Origin: Babesia bigemina
Lineage: Eukaryota
Reading direction: 5' to 3'
NCBI RefSeq assembly: GCF_000981445.1
Contig: NC_027219.1
Span: 62,001-126,000, forward strand
DNA length: 64,000 nt
Of the stretch, positions 48,809-60,469 are shown piece after piece; position 1 is the first letter of the stretch; every line of letters begins with the position of its first letter. The position numbers and the translations under genes were made by a program. The notes beneath the pieces were generated by a model. It was not told where the DNA came from and did not search any database. It saw only the letters and a list, made by a program, of their open reading frames with translations.

Positions 48809-49641
48809 ATGGGCTTTGGAGTTGCGTCTAAATTATCACGTCTACTCGTCAGCAGCTGGCTCAAGAAAGACGAGGTAAAGCTAACGGTTACTGAAAGTGA
48901 TGACGCTGTGGAGAACATTGAACACGGTGAAGCGAATCAAATCCAATCGATTGATTGGAATGATTTAAACTACCCTTGGGTTTGTACGATGTATATGTTT
49001 GTAAATGTAACGTTACAGGGCCTAAATATTGTGCACTATAGCGCGAATGAACTGGATGATGTTTCTGCGAAGGTCTCACGTATCTCACACATCGGCACAT
49101 TTGTTGTTTATGGAACATTATTACTTAATCTGGTCGACGTGATAATCCTTGCGGTAGGTCTAAGTCTTGTCAAGTGATACCATCTGTATATAGAGCATGG
49201 GAGTATATCCAATGCGGATACTATACAGCTTTTTCGATATAATCCTTCTAGCTCCAGTTGTGTGGTTAGTTTGACAGCTAGTCGATAAATCGCCGCAGCG
49301 CCAACTTTTATTTAACATTTGTTACGTTGGCAACAAAGAAGAAGCGCTACCTAACTTTTTGCACGGGAACGCATATACTACTGGTAAATTGAATGAGACA
49401 TTCAGCATAACTGATTTTCAGTGTCTTCTCTATCTTGCTCTTGCGATTCTTGGAGAGGGACCTATCAATGGTTTTACCAAGTTCGCACACTTAAAGAGTG
49501 AGATTGCAGGATGTGCAGGTTAGTACCACCCTCGACATAAAATGTCACAAGCAGCAAGGAGCTACCTCAATCGTTTGGACATGCGCAATAGTAGTTGAGT
49601 CGTGCTCATATTTGGCATCATTCGGTTTGGGAAGTTTGTAA
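48809..49641 (+). CDS. Multi-pass membrane protein, SCAMP-like, about 5-6 exons (alternative stop at 49734)
   Basis: Spliced WNDLNYPW/GLNIVHY followed by about 4 hydrophobic segments; GT-AG introns of ~35-40 nt. Confidence 0.55.
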
Positions 49642-49692
49642 AATGCCCTGGCAATATGATTATGCTCAGTTTACACAATTGTACGCGCCCGG

Positions 49693-50151
49693 TCAGCTAT
49701 CAACATTCCACCTCCAACGAATATGACGCCGTAATTTCTACTTGGTAATGAATCTTCTACAATAGTGTAACTCACAAAAAAACGAGAAGGTGGTTGGCAG
49801 TTTAACCTAACGGCAGCTTTTAGACCTACATGATTAATCACACATGTGTAATCGCCACCTTCGGCCTACCTAGCGGTTCTAGTATTTGATCAACCATGGC
49901 GTTGATCTCAGTGTATGTTTTCCCCTCAAATAGAGGCGAACATAGTACACCCTGTTTCTAATGAATCATATTTTATTGTAACCCACATAGAAATGCTCGT
50001 CGTAGACGTATGTTCCATAGTTGGGGTCGTTCTTGATGTGAAAATATATTGGCTGTAGTTTTGCGGAGATTGCAGATCTTAAAGCGTCGAGTTTAGGCGT
50101 GCTGGGAGCCGCATACTTATGATGCATAAGAGCTTTAAATAAAAAAGCCAT
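49693..50151 (-). CDS. BolA-like protein, probably mitochondrial, 4 exons
   Basis: Spliced LRSAISAKLQP..FHIKND...HFY-GVLCSPLFEGKTYTEINAMVDQIL (BolA signature S..F.GK). Last exon KLRRHIRWRWNVDS*. Confidence 0.65.
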
Positions 50152-50672
50152 TTAAGTCTATGAATGCCGTGCGCGCTTCAGTATCATCTTATTTAGTTAT
50201 TGCAAGCGACTGAGATTGCTTGACTGTAGAATCGCCGTATCTCGCGACACCTTATTTGTTGTGTCTTAATCTCTATACACATCAAAAAATCAATTCTACT
50301 TTTTCGAATGAAAAGCGCCAATGACGTCGTATGAAGGTCGGAGCCGCATATGGAATTTAAGTCAAGCAGTGCCACCCAGACACCATAAGGATTCCATTGG
50401 CATCATTGTCCCGTGTAATTGTAGCAAGCATTTAAAGAAAAAGCAACAGCTCATTGCGAAGGGTGGTGCATAGGTGGGAACGCACAGGAGATTCGCGTGC
50501 CGCTTAAAAGCTAGATGCGTCTATGAAGCGATATGGAGATTAAAATCGTATTCTGCAGCCGCCACATTTCACGTATACATACATATATAACACATATCTA
50601 CAAAACATTATGCGTAAGTGAGTTTAAAAATTAATTTCTCCGATATTTTCGGGCGCATTATGCGCGCATTAG

Positions 50673-52049
50673 TTAGTGGGCCAGCACTGCGCCGGTTGGT
50701 ATAAAGCCGAACGATAGAACGCCGCACTTATCGTAACCTTTGTCTGTTCGTTCGAGTCTTATGAACCCGTCCTCTCCCCAGTCGCTTCCCCAAGAATTCT
50801 TGATAAGCCAGTAGCGTTTCTTCACCGTGGCATCGTAGCCTTCTCCAACCAAAAGTACTGCGTGGTTGAGTTGCTCCTCTGGGCATTCTCCGTTATATAC
50901 ACCACCGCTGTAGTGGAACAAATCCTCTGTGAACGCTACGTAAACGACTGTGGGGGCGCGCACCAAAAGCGTGGAAGCTACGTTTGCACCTCTAGCGCTC
51001 ACGTAGTCCTTAATGTAATACCTGATGCCATGATGTGCCGAACATTCGCCATTAATCGCCTCGTAGTTCCAATCCTCAGAGCTTGTAACGCCGTTTTTCT
51101 TAATGTATTCCAATGCAAAATCGCTAAATCCTCCACCGCAACCGTTACTTTGCAGGTCACAGCTAACAAGTTCTTGTTCACTGAAGGTCAAATATTGTTG
51201 CTTTTCCATCCTGAACAAGCTTTCTACAGCACCTATGGCGGCAAATGCCCAACACGAACCGCAGTGCCCCTGATCCTTTACTGGCGACACTGCACCAGGC
51301 GTACGCCAATTGACATTTTCGAAAGATACTTTCGATCCAACATCAACAGCGTATGGGTCATCGGTATGCCCTTTCAGGAGTGAATATGTCTCTTGATTAT
51401 CCTTTGTTACGATAACCTCTCCAAGGCTCCCATACTCTTGGAAATTCTGGCCCACATCAATCGGATGTAACAGCTTGGAAGCCAATTCCTTAACATCCAT
51501 ATCGAAGAAGTGGTTCGGTCCCTTCGTGTAAGTTGCGTTCGCCTTTTTCTTGTGTTCCTCCACTATGGCCATGTTGCGTCTAAAGTTGAGAAATCCTGCA
51601 TGCCTAGCAGCTACATCAGTGTAACGTCTGTTGTAACGTTTTTCAAGGCGCTTAAAATGTACAAATCTACAGAGTTCTTCATCGTTGTAGGTGCCAATCC
51701 CACCGAGTTCATAAAACGCATTGAGTTCCTCAAGAAGGTCGCTTGAAGTAAGACACCCCCCATGCGGTTGTGTCGGTTCCTCATACATTTCTTTACGCTG
51801 TTCCACCAATTTACGTGGTCCCATCAATTTAGGTGGTTCAGGATCCTTTGTTGATCTTACAATGAGCAAAACAATCCCAGTTGTGATTGCTCCTATTGCA
51901 GCTAACGACAGCACGCATATGGCAATTTTGTTTCCCGTGCATGTGCGGCGCCTGCGCGCTGTGCCAATCAAAGCCGTATCTCTATCAACTTCATCGCTGC
52001 AGATATAGTGGTGGTCGTCGTTCGACATGTACGAACGGGTTCCCGACAT
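50673..52049 (-). CDS. Papain-family (C1A) cysteine protease, babesipain-1/bovipain-2-like, 458 aa
   Basis: N-terminal TM, I29 prodomain, QGHCGSCWAF, LNHAVLLVG and IKNSWG. Confidence 0.96.
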   Translation of the reverse strand: MSGTRSYMSNDDHHYICSDEVDRDTALIGTARRRRTCTGNKIAICVLSLAAIGAITTGIVLLIVRSTKDPEPPKLMGPRKLVEQRKEMYEEPTQPHGGCLTSSDLLEELNAFYELGGIGTYNDEELCRFVHFKRLEKRYNRRYTDVAARHAGFLNFRRNMAIVEEHKKKANATYTKGPNHFFDMDVKELASKLLHPIDVGQNFQEYGSLGEVIVTKDNQETYSLLKGHTDDPYAVDVGSKVSFENVNWRTPGAVSPVKDQGHCGSCWAFAAIGAVESLFRMEKQQYLTFSEQELVSCDLQSNGCGGGFSDFALEYIKKNGVTSSEDWNYEAINGECSAHHGIRYYIKDYVSARGANVASTLLVRAPTVVYVAFTEDLFHYSGGVYNGECPEEQLNHAVLLVGEGYDATVKKRYWLIKNSWGSDWGEDGFIRLERTDKGYDKCGVLSFGFIPTGAVLAH

Positions 52050-52594
52050 TGTCGTTTTGTTTAAATGTGATTGCTAAAAACTTAGTATACAAGACAACTA
52101 ATGTTGCCTGAAAATAAAAGATAATGAGAAGCTATGTAAAGAATGTGGTGTCTCCGTGCGGCAGATTTCGTGATTAGCGTACGTGGCACGTACGTATTTT
52201 TAGTACTTGCTAGTATTGGATCGGCCACGTTAACATCGCACCTAAAAGTTACACCTAAAGCGGCATACGCTTTTAAAAAAACGTAGCAATACTATTTATA
52301 GATATATACAACAGATCTGTACTGGATTCGGCTCCAAAAGTGCCGTCGTTTAAGGTCAGGCTGCAGATTGCAGCTGGCGAGTCCCGTGGCAGCCGATGTT
52401 TTACAGGATTCCAGCCGCACATCCCAACAAACGCAGTGTACTTCTCATTAACAACCACATTATGAGATGTTTTGTCCGTAAAAATAGCAGTAAACTCCAC
52501 GCGATGCCATGTTGATATTTGCGTGAGCGCCGTATGTCGCGCGTACCATGGCTACACAGGTATCAACACAGAGACGGTTGCGTTTAGTTGGAGC

Positions 52595-54516
52595 TTAACG
52601 TTTATTTAACACCTTTTTACGGATAACGATTCTCTTGGGTGTGAGCTCTAATTGCTCATCTCGGCTTAGATACGCCAGAGCTTGTTCCACAGTAAGCTGC
52701 TTGCAGACGATCTTTATGATTTGCTCTCCGCCTTTGTTGCGCATTCCCGTGACGGGTTTGGTTCTAACGACGTTAAGGTGAATGTCTTTGTCGGTACCGG
52801 ATTCCCCGATTACCATCCCCTCGTAGACACGGGTTCCTTCTGAGATAAAGAGTGTGCCCTTAGACATAGCAGGTTCGAGTCCAAACGGAGTAGCGACACC
52901 CATACAGCTCGATATAAGTGAGCCGTTCTTTCGCAGATTCCGTGTGTCTTTTTCGTAAGGTTTGTAGTCAACTGTAGTCAAAGATATCTCTCCGCGCCCT
53001 CGTGTAATGTCACGCAGGGCAATCATCAAACCAAGCAACTGTGACGTTGAACCTTGAAATTCCAGCTGCGTTATTTTCTCAGTCCCTCCGCGACAGTCTG
53101 CACATGTTATGTATTTTCTGTAATTTCCCACTCACCTGAATATGATAAGACCTCGACACCGCGTGACGCGAGTAGGTCTACTACATTTGGCGCCATTTCA
53201 CTTGGGCACAGAACAACTAGTTGTTGCACCGCCTCCATTTCTACCCCATCTTCACCCACGGTGGTGACCGCAGCAAGCGGCGATACGGTCATCTCGAATC
53301 CTTCGCGTCGCATATTTTCCAGAAGGACCCCGATCTGTAGTTCTCCGCGCCCCTTAATATAGTAGCCATCTTTTCCCGCAGTTTCTTCTATACGTAAGGT
53401 GAGATTACGCTTAGCTTCATGCTTCAGCCTTTTTCCAATTTCGGCTGTGGTCTGCAACTTGCCATCAGTTCCTGCCAATGGGCTGGTATTTGCAGATACA
53501 AGCACGGAAATAACCGGTTCGGAGATTTTAACCGGCGGGATAGGTTCAAACTCTGTGGAATCTCCCAGCGTGTCATTTATTTCGGGAGTAATGCCCTTAT
53601 GGCACTGTATGGTGACAATGTCACCCACCTGCGCAACACCGTTCAACCTTACCTTTCCATTGTGCTTTGCTACAAAGATATCCTTAACCACAGTGTGCCC
53701 CTTCAACTTGTTGCTACAGTCCTTTATATGCAGCGTTGCACCCTTCTGAATGCTGCCGCTGTTAATCTTACCGGTTATAAGTGCACAGCCCTCTTCGAAA
53801 TCGAGCAGCGATACCTGTAGCGTGAAATTTGTGTGCTTCGACACCTTAGGCGACGGCGCCACATGCGATAAGCATTCAAGAATCTTTGATGTCCCTGACA
53901 CTTGGTGTCGGTCGACCGGGTAAGACGATGAGACCCAATTTTCCTTTGCCGACGCAAAAAGAATCGGGAACTCAAGTTGTTCGTCTGAAGCTCCGCAGTC
54001 TACAAACAGTTCGAAGAGTTCATTTTCTATGTCACTCCGCGTTTTGTTACAGTCGCGGTCACATTTATTGACCACAACAACCGCCTTAAGATCCGGGTTC
54101 TCCAGCGCCTTGCGCAACACGAATGTCGTCTGAGGTTTTGGCCCTTCCACGATATCTACCAGAAGGCATACACAGTCTACAATGTTCAGTATACGTTCTA
54201 CCTCTCCTCCGAAATCCGCGTGGCCGGGCGTGTCTACAATGTTGAACGTATGGCCAGACCATTCAACTCGAGTCACCTTAGAACATATGGTGATGCCTCT
54301 CTCCTTCTCTAGTTCGTGGCTGTCCATGGCACGACTGTGCGTCAATTGTTCGCCGCTACAGCGTAGAAGCCCGTCGACGAGTGTCGTCTTGCCATGATCC
54401 ACATGTGCCACGACTGCAACATTCCGTATGGAAGTGAAATCGCGCTGGAGCCTACATGAGGGCCTGATGGCACACCTAAAAAGCCCAGAAAACAACCTGC
54501 ACGAGCGGATTATCAT
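52595..54516 (-). CDS. typA: GTP-binding protein TypA/BipA, mitochondrial-type leader, 2 exons
   Basis: [53 protein letters not shown] and VYEGMVIGE; intron 53098-53135 joins the two ORFs. Confidence 0.95.
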
Positions 54517-55150
54517 ATCTGAAGGGCTTCATCTTTATGGGCGGGTCGGGGAAAAAAATACACATTGGGAGGAGGGACTGGTTTGATACCTGATCATTTT
54601 ATGACCCGAAGCACAGTGCTAGCTATTTGGTTATAAAAATGTGGAGATCTGCGAAGTCTTCGTATTCGAGGTATTGCTTGGAAATGGCCGAAATCTTATG
54701 CAAGTGAGTTCACATCGCCTTGTGACGGCATACAACGCAAACGGCTACATAAACATGGCTCAACATCACACAACTTATTGTTCTGCCTATATGTGACAGT
54801 GTTAACCGTAATTCAGGTGCTTGAAAGACCCGTACCGTGAAAAGGCGCTCGCAAGATACAAGTTGAATGTGAAACAGACGGATTACACCAACGGTGTAGC
54901 TCAATCACCACGTAAGTTTGCGTTGACTGAATTTAGATGACTTCTATGCCATTATTTCAAAAATTTGCAGAGTTACGCGTAAACTTCGACGACGCCTTTG
55001 GGTCTAAGGGACCAGCACAATGATTTCTTCGCATAGAAATCTTATTATTTACGATGAATTTTACAATTAATTCTACACATCGCATATAATGAATTTACAC
55101 CGCTTAGGTTTAGGAGTCTTTTCCTCAGATGTTTATTATATAGCTATAGG

Positions 55151-55860
55151 ATGCCAATTCCGTTAAAATTCCCTACACTGCTCGTTGTTTTTAGCTATGT
55201 GTCGTCAGTATGCGCGACGGAGTCTACCGATTCCGGCAAGGCACCGCTGGAATCTTTCAACCAGCTGATGGAGAGGAGCGTTGTTCCGTTGGCTATTGCT
55301 AAAATCTTTTCTTTGAATGATAGACATGACAGTAGGTGATTATTGCGTGAATTATACATATTCAGCACGCGTGTGCGTCCTAAACAACGTTTTCGCCAAT
55401 TACCAAGACACACCTCAACAGTGCAAGTGTTCTTTCACACGCCTACGTAGGTCAAACATCTTGGCTGATTGAATATTGATCAGGTGATATTGAGCTTCAG
55501 TGCGCCAACAATCCGCTGGGTGGTTTGCACGACTGCAGTAAAAAAATATGTGAGACATGCTGTATAATAAGCATGACAGCTTCTTACACCGAAGATGACC
55601 GTCATCATAACTACCCTGTTAACTGCAAAACTCGTTGCCTGAACTCGCCAATTACGTCTGATGTGACTGAGGATTCCCAGCAGTTTTTGTCGGAGTTGCT
55701 GCTCAAGGTCAACGCTCTTTACCACGCTGATGTTTCGACCGCTAAGCAGCCAGGTGAGCGGCCAACTTCGCCTATTTGCATATTCGTTTCAGACACTGCA
55801 AACGTCCCCACGCAATATCACGTGGTCCATCTTGAGGATCAGCACGATGACGCCTTATAG
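55151..55860 (+). CDS. Small secreted cysteine-rich protein (hypothetical), 3 exons
   Basis: Signal peptide; two phase-1 GTAGGT...CAG introns give ...VCVLNNVFANYQDTPQQCKCSF...QCANNPLGGLHDCSKKICETCC...CKTRC. Confidence 0.65.
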
Positions 55861-55963
55861 GCGTCCATCACTATGCACGCAATATCGTACGGTGTACAAC
55901 GGTGTGCCACATTCTTCTAAAACAGTGCCCACAAATGTAAATACGTTATTTTGTAAACTTCCA

Positions 55964-57041
55964 TTAGTCTCCATACATGTCGAAATTGGTCCGCGGTTCT
56001 GCGTCCTCCCCGTATTGCAATGACGCATCTGTCGCAACCACTATTTGCTCAAGCGACGCCTCATCATTTATGTTAAGCGGTATGAAGCTTACAAGGTTGA
56101 AGTCCTCCAGCAAAGACACGAATGCCGAATTCAATCCCTTGAATTTTTGTGGCAAGTGGCTGTCCAGTGCACCTAGCAGTTCGTCTGGCCCGCGGTTTAT
56201 CATGCCACAGAGTGTTTCGTAATCAACAGTGGAATCGAGCTCATCTTCTTTGTCATCCAGATCCTCGGCGTATGCTTCTTCTTCGTCTTTGCTTGGGTTT
56301 GCTTTGGAGAATATTTTTTTTTGAAAGGCGAGGTCCCTCGATGAGAGTCCAAAGGTGCTGCTTGTGATATCGGCGAATGGTTTCAACGTGAAATCACCGC
56401 TTCCGTCTGTTTCATAGAGTAGATCGCATTTTGTAAGCACATTTAGATGAGGCATATGTAGGTTGGCCATGGCTGCAAGCCCTGCCATGGACCCTGCGAT
56501 AAGTTTGGTCGGGTCTGTCATGAAGCTGACATCCAAGAGGAATACGGCCACAGCGTTGATGTTAAGCCTATTCAACAATTGCGATATGCTCTTGACATAC
56601 TGCAGGTGTACGAATAGCTCCACCTGCCCAGGCGTATCGAAAAGTAGGTATGACTCGTCGCTGTAAGTCTCTTCTATCTGTTCCGCCAGCCATTCGATGT
56701 TGTCCGTGAGCATTTCTGCACTCCTTACCAAGGCTGCATTTGGTCCGAGCTCATCCTCTTCTATTACGGCACCTATGTCGACAAAATCTCGAATATCGGT
56801 ATCGAATATACTACATTCTGCAGCGCAATGTGCATCTGAATCCCGAGAACCTACCGTCGTTATCTGCCGCATTATTCTTTCGACTGTTAACATCTTCAAA
56901 GCGTATATACTCCTCGGTGGCAGGGTCGAGGTTGATGATGTGGCAGCGCCTTCGGCAGGCCGTCAAGTAGTCCTGAAGCGCTTTGCAATATGTGGTCTTG
57001 CCACTACCGGCCGGACCGACTACTATCTGTGCGTAACGCAT
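55964..57041 (-). CDS. GPN3: GPN-loop GTPase 3, 2 exons
   Basis: MRYAQIVVGPAGSGKTTYC, NLDPA, LGPN, FDTPGQVELF, NVLTKCD and QYGED; intron 56818-56854. Confidence 0.92.
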
Positions 57042-57772
57042 CTGCGCAGGCGATTACTCAATAGAAGATGACCTCTAGGTGTGCTAGTGGGTGTCGGCAT
57101 AGCCGGGCTCTGTTGCACGCCGCATCTGTTGGGATGATGGCGATCGGTCGAAAGACACGCCTACTGAACTCGTTGACAGCCTCTAGTAATAGGTTAATTT
57201 GTGTACGACGTTGATGTGTTCCCATGTGGAAGCTAAATCGTGACGATGACGCGTGCTTCCTGGGCTGTATAGTCCGTGTCCGCGGAAGCGAATCCGCATA
57301 TTTACTAGCAACAAGAGCAACACGTTTTACAAATCGAATTGAAAAATTGTTAATTTTTGATGTAAGGGAATATTGAGAGCCGTTTTTCGAGCGTGCCCTT
57401 ACAGTGTCTGCGGCCCTCCAGCATCAGCCGTATTGTTGTGCAAAATAGTCATCCGCGAGCTCCACGGCCGGCCATATAATTTTCAATACAGTTTTTAAAT
57501 TACTTTTGTTATAGGTGACTAAGTGGCCTATACAAATTATCGCCAATATTATAGGGATTATTCACTTCGTCATCACCGCAGGTATGTCCTGTTGCAAATA
57601 TCCCACCTGCCCCCCAAACCGTTCTTTAATACCACTGAGGTTTTTGTATACGCTTATATGTGCGAGTTTTCGTTGGCTAAGCCCGTGGTGTGCGTGTCGC
57701 TATTCGCGTCTGAGAGATTCTACATGGCCCTATCATATTGTGTTCTTATACGCGTTCTAATTATTGTTCAGA

Positions 57773-59422
57773 ATGGTTAGGAGTGCTTCTAGCAAAACAG
57801 GCGTTAGAGGTGGCCGAGAAGAATCACCGTACCCAGGGTCGCCTCGCACCCAGAAGTGGATTGGTAACTTGCTGCCAATCCTAGAACGGTACGACTACAA
57901 CTACGCTGAGATAACGCAGCTGGTTAAGGCGTGCGACTACAATGGGGACAAAATCCAGCAAGAGGTTGATCGCATTATGGAGGTAAACATCGGTCACGAG
58001 CATGGCGAATGGACTGTTGTTAACTCTCAGCAAAAGCCAAAGGTAAAAGCAACGCAGTTACTGAAAAGGCCAAAGGCACCGGTTAGAGGCGTGCAGAAAG
58101 CTGTTACTAAGGCTCCCCCGGCTAAGGAGCCACAAGAGACACGCCGTGCACAGGTAGGTAAAGAAGCCGCTGCGGCAACGACACCCAAGGATTCGACCGT
58201 GGAGGCCGTTGCGTCTTCCGAAGCGGTTGAACCATCTGCTTCTGTTGCGCCCCAACAGGATCAGGGGGCGCGTGCAAAGGCTCCTCAAAGAAACCCTACG
58301 GAGAAAAAGCAGGGCCGCAACACTCGTAGAGAGTCTGCCTCGAAAGAATCAGGCAAAGAAAACTCCAAATCACAGCAGCAACCACAACCCCCTAAGAAGC
58401 AGCTTCCAATCCAGTGGGCGTCATTGCTGAAGAAGTCTCCTGAAGAGCAGTCAGCGGTTCCACCGCCGTCGCCCCCGTCAAATGCGACTGCTCAAACTGC
58501 AAATAGTACACCCAAAATCCCCAAGAAGAAGTCCGCGGATGAACGTATTCCCGAAGTTCAGGAAGCTCCTGTAACCCCGGATGTGAATAATGACGTGGAA
58601 GCTCTTGCACTCGCCAAGGCTGAGGAAACTTTGAAAAAATTGGAAATAAGCGAACGAATTAAGGTTGAACAGCAGCTTCAACACAAATTGATACAGTCGT
58701 CGCCCAGAGCGGAGCAACCGCACATGTCTCCGGTACAGGCACGCCTCGCGGTGGCGGAGGACCCGCTACCCCCCGTTGTAATGCCGAAAACTCTGTCTAC
58801 CGGCATTGACGCGACAGCAATGTTTAGTTACTTCGACGAAGAGCCACCCAAGGTAAATATGTGGCCTGCGGGTGCGACTGTGGGCCACTATCAGCAACCG
58901 TCAACCAATAGGCGGGATTATAGCAAATACCCGCGGAGTTCTCACATGGTGGGTGGAGACGATGGCCGTTCTAACACAGTACAGCACGATGGCGGCGCAC
59001 TAGTAACTCAGAACGTCGGAGGGGTGTCCCAGCAAGATGAGGTGGACACTCTTCACGGCGACAGTTCGGTTCAGCAGGAAGGCGTTCCCGATGCAGGTTT
59101 CCAAGGCCATTGGCAAATGGGTTACTACCGCAGCCGCTATTCTAACCCCAAGCACCAACCGTTTTCTTATGCGTATGACGAGGACAAGCCTAAGAACTAC
59201 CGGCAAGGGGCCAGCGAGCATTACTCACAAAAGGAAGGTCGTCACCACTTAAACGGAGTTTATGTGAACTACGGCTATCAACACGACAGGCTGCAGACGC
59301 CTCCCGGTTTGGTCAGCTACTACGCATCACAACAACCGTATTACGGGTTCTCTAACTCGACGACACAGGCCAACCCGCACGCTCCTTCGGATTCGGCGAC
59401 GTCGTCTATGTGGAGGAACTGA
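57773..59422 (+). CDS. Protein with N-terminal UBA/CUE-like domain and Q/P/Y/G-rich disordered tail (UBAP2/Def1-like architecture)
   Basis: EITQLVKACDYNGDKIQQEVDRIM...EWTVV, then WASLLK and low-complexity regions; first ATG at 57773. Confidence 0.65.
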   Translation: MVRSASSKTGVRGGREESPYPGSPRTQKWIGNLLPILERYDYNYAEITQLVKACDYNGDKIQQEVDRIMEVNIGHEHGEWTVVNSQQKPKVKATQLLKRPKAPVRGVQKAVTKAPPAKEPQETRRAQVGKEAAAATTPKDSTVEAVASSEAVEPSASVAPQQDQGARAKAPQRNPTEKKQGRNTRRESASKESGKENSKSQQQPQPPKKQLPIQWASLLKKSPEEQSAVPPPSPPSNATAQTANSTPKIPKKKSADERIPEVQEAPVTPDVNNDVEALALAKAEETLKKLEISERIKVEQQLQHKLIQSSPRAEQPHMSPVQARLAVAEDPLPPVVMPKTLSTGIDATAMFSYFDEEPPKVNMWPAGATVGHYQQPSTNRRDYSKYPRSSHMVGGDDGRSNTVQHDGGALVTQNVGGVSQQDEVDTLHGDSSVQQEGVPDAGFQGHWQMGYYRSRYSNPKHQPFSYAYDEDKPKNYRQGASEHYSQKEGRHHLNGVYVNYGYQHDRLQTPPGLVSYYASQQPYYGFSNSTTQANPHAPSDSATSSMWRN

Positions 59423-59503
59423 CTACCCGCTAGTTGCCTCAACTTTGCATTTTAATACTTTCAATACGATGTGCATCATTTAGTTGTATCATCACTGTAG
59501 TAA

Positions 59504-60338
59504 ATGCGTGAGGACGAAAGGTTCGTGTCGTTGCGTGGATGTCGCCGGCCCTCAGGTACGCCAATGAATTTCCTGCCATCACTTCGCAGCACACACCGTA
59601 ACGACTGCAGAAGTTTGCGTCCTCTGGGCCTCAACGATTGTGAGTAAACGGGGTTTCCAGAGCGATGAGTTGTTACACATCGCGCGGAATTTCGCGCGGA
59701 GCGAGTTCTCACATTTCGCCGTCCAGGTGGTGATTCCCTCGCCCTTTTGCATGTGTCGCATATACTCCAATGGAAGGGTCGTTATTATGGGCAACCTGAC
59801 CGAAGGTCAAGTCGAAAAGGAGCTGAGCCGCGTTGTCTATAAATTGCGCTATCGCACTAAATGGAAGGTGTCGACACTAAGAGACCGCATCACGCATGGC
59901 AACGGTCTACAGTGGTGCTACGTTGTGAACAACAATGTGTTGCCCGTGAAGACAGTTTTGCAGAGCGTAAAGGTCGACCAGCTGTACTGTAGAGTCGCTT
60001 TCGACGGCCCAATCGATTTGCGATTACTGCTACAGAGGGGTCTTTCCGCCAAGCAGAATATCACCAGCATTTCCAACGCTTGCGTTAGGCTGCAAATCGA
60101 CCTACCTGAGCCCCCTGAGAATAGTACGGGCCCGGCCGAATCTGATCCGACGACATCTGTATGGGACGCAGGGCTGGAGCTGGAACGTGAACTAGAGGCA
60201 GAGCTTGCACACCTACGGCGACAAGACAAACGTTTTGCCACATGTGTAGTTTACCATAGCGGTAAAGTGGCCATTTTAGGCTGTTGCAACCACGACGAAG
60301 TTAGGTTCACCTTTGACGCATTAGCGACTCTTCTTTGA
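59504..60338 (+). CDS. Divergent TATA-binding-protein-fold protein, 2 exons
   Basis: Two TBP half-repeat signatures, CRIYSNGRVVIMG and CVVYHSGKVAILGC; intron 59556-59589 links the ATG at 59504 in frame. Confidence 0.72.
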
Positions 60339-60469
60339 GAGCGCTTTTCAGCCCCGCACATATGTATTGTTTAATTTACTCTGATAACAAAAGCCATGTA
60401 TATGCATGCGATTTACTTCGGAAACATAACTGCATTGGTACACTGCATTCCGGTGTGTTTTCTTGTAGG

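Noticed and set aside
53098..53135. Apparent frameshift or pseudogene in TypA (similarly GPN3, RRP8 and the aspartyl protease)
   Set aside because: Explained by canonical ~35-40 nt GT-AG introns that restore the frame.
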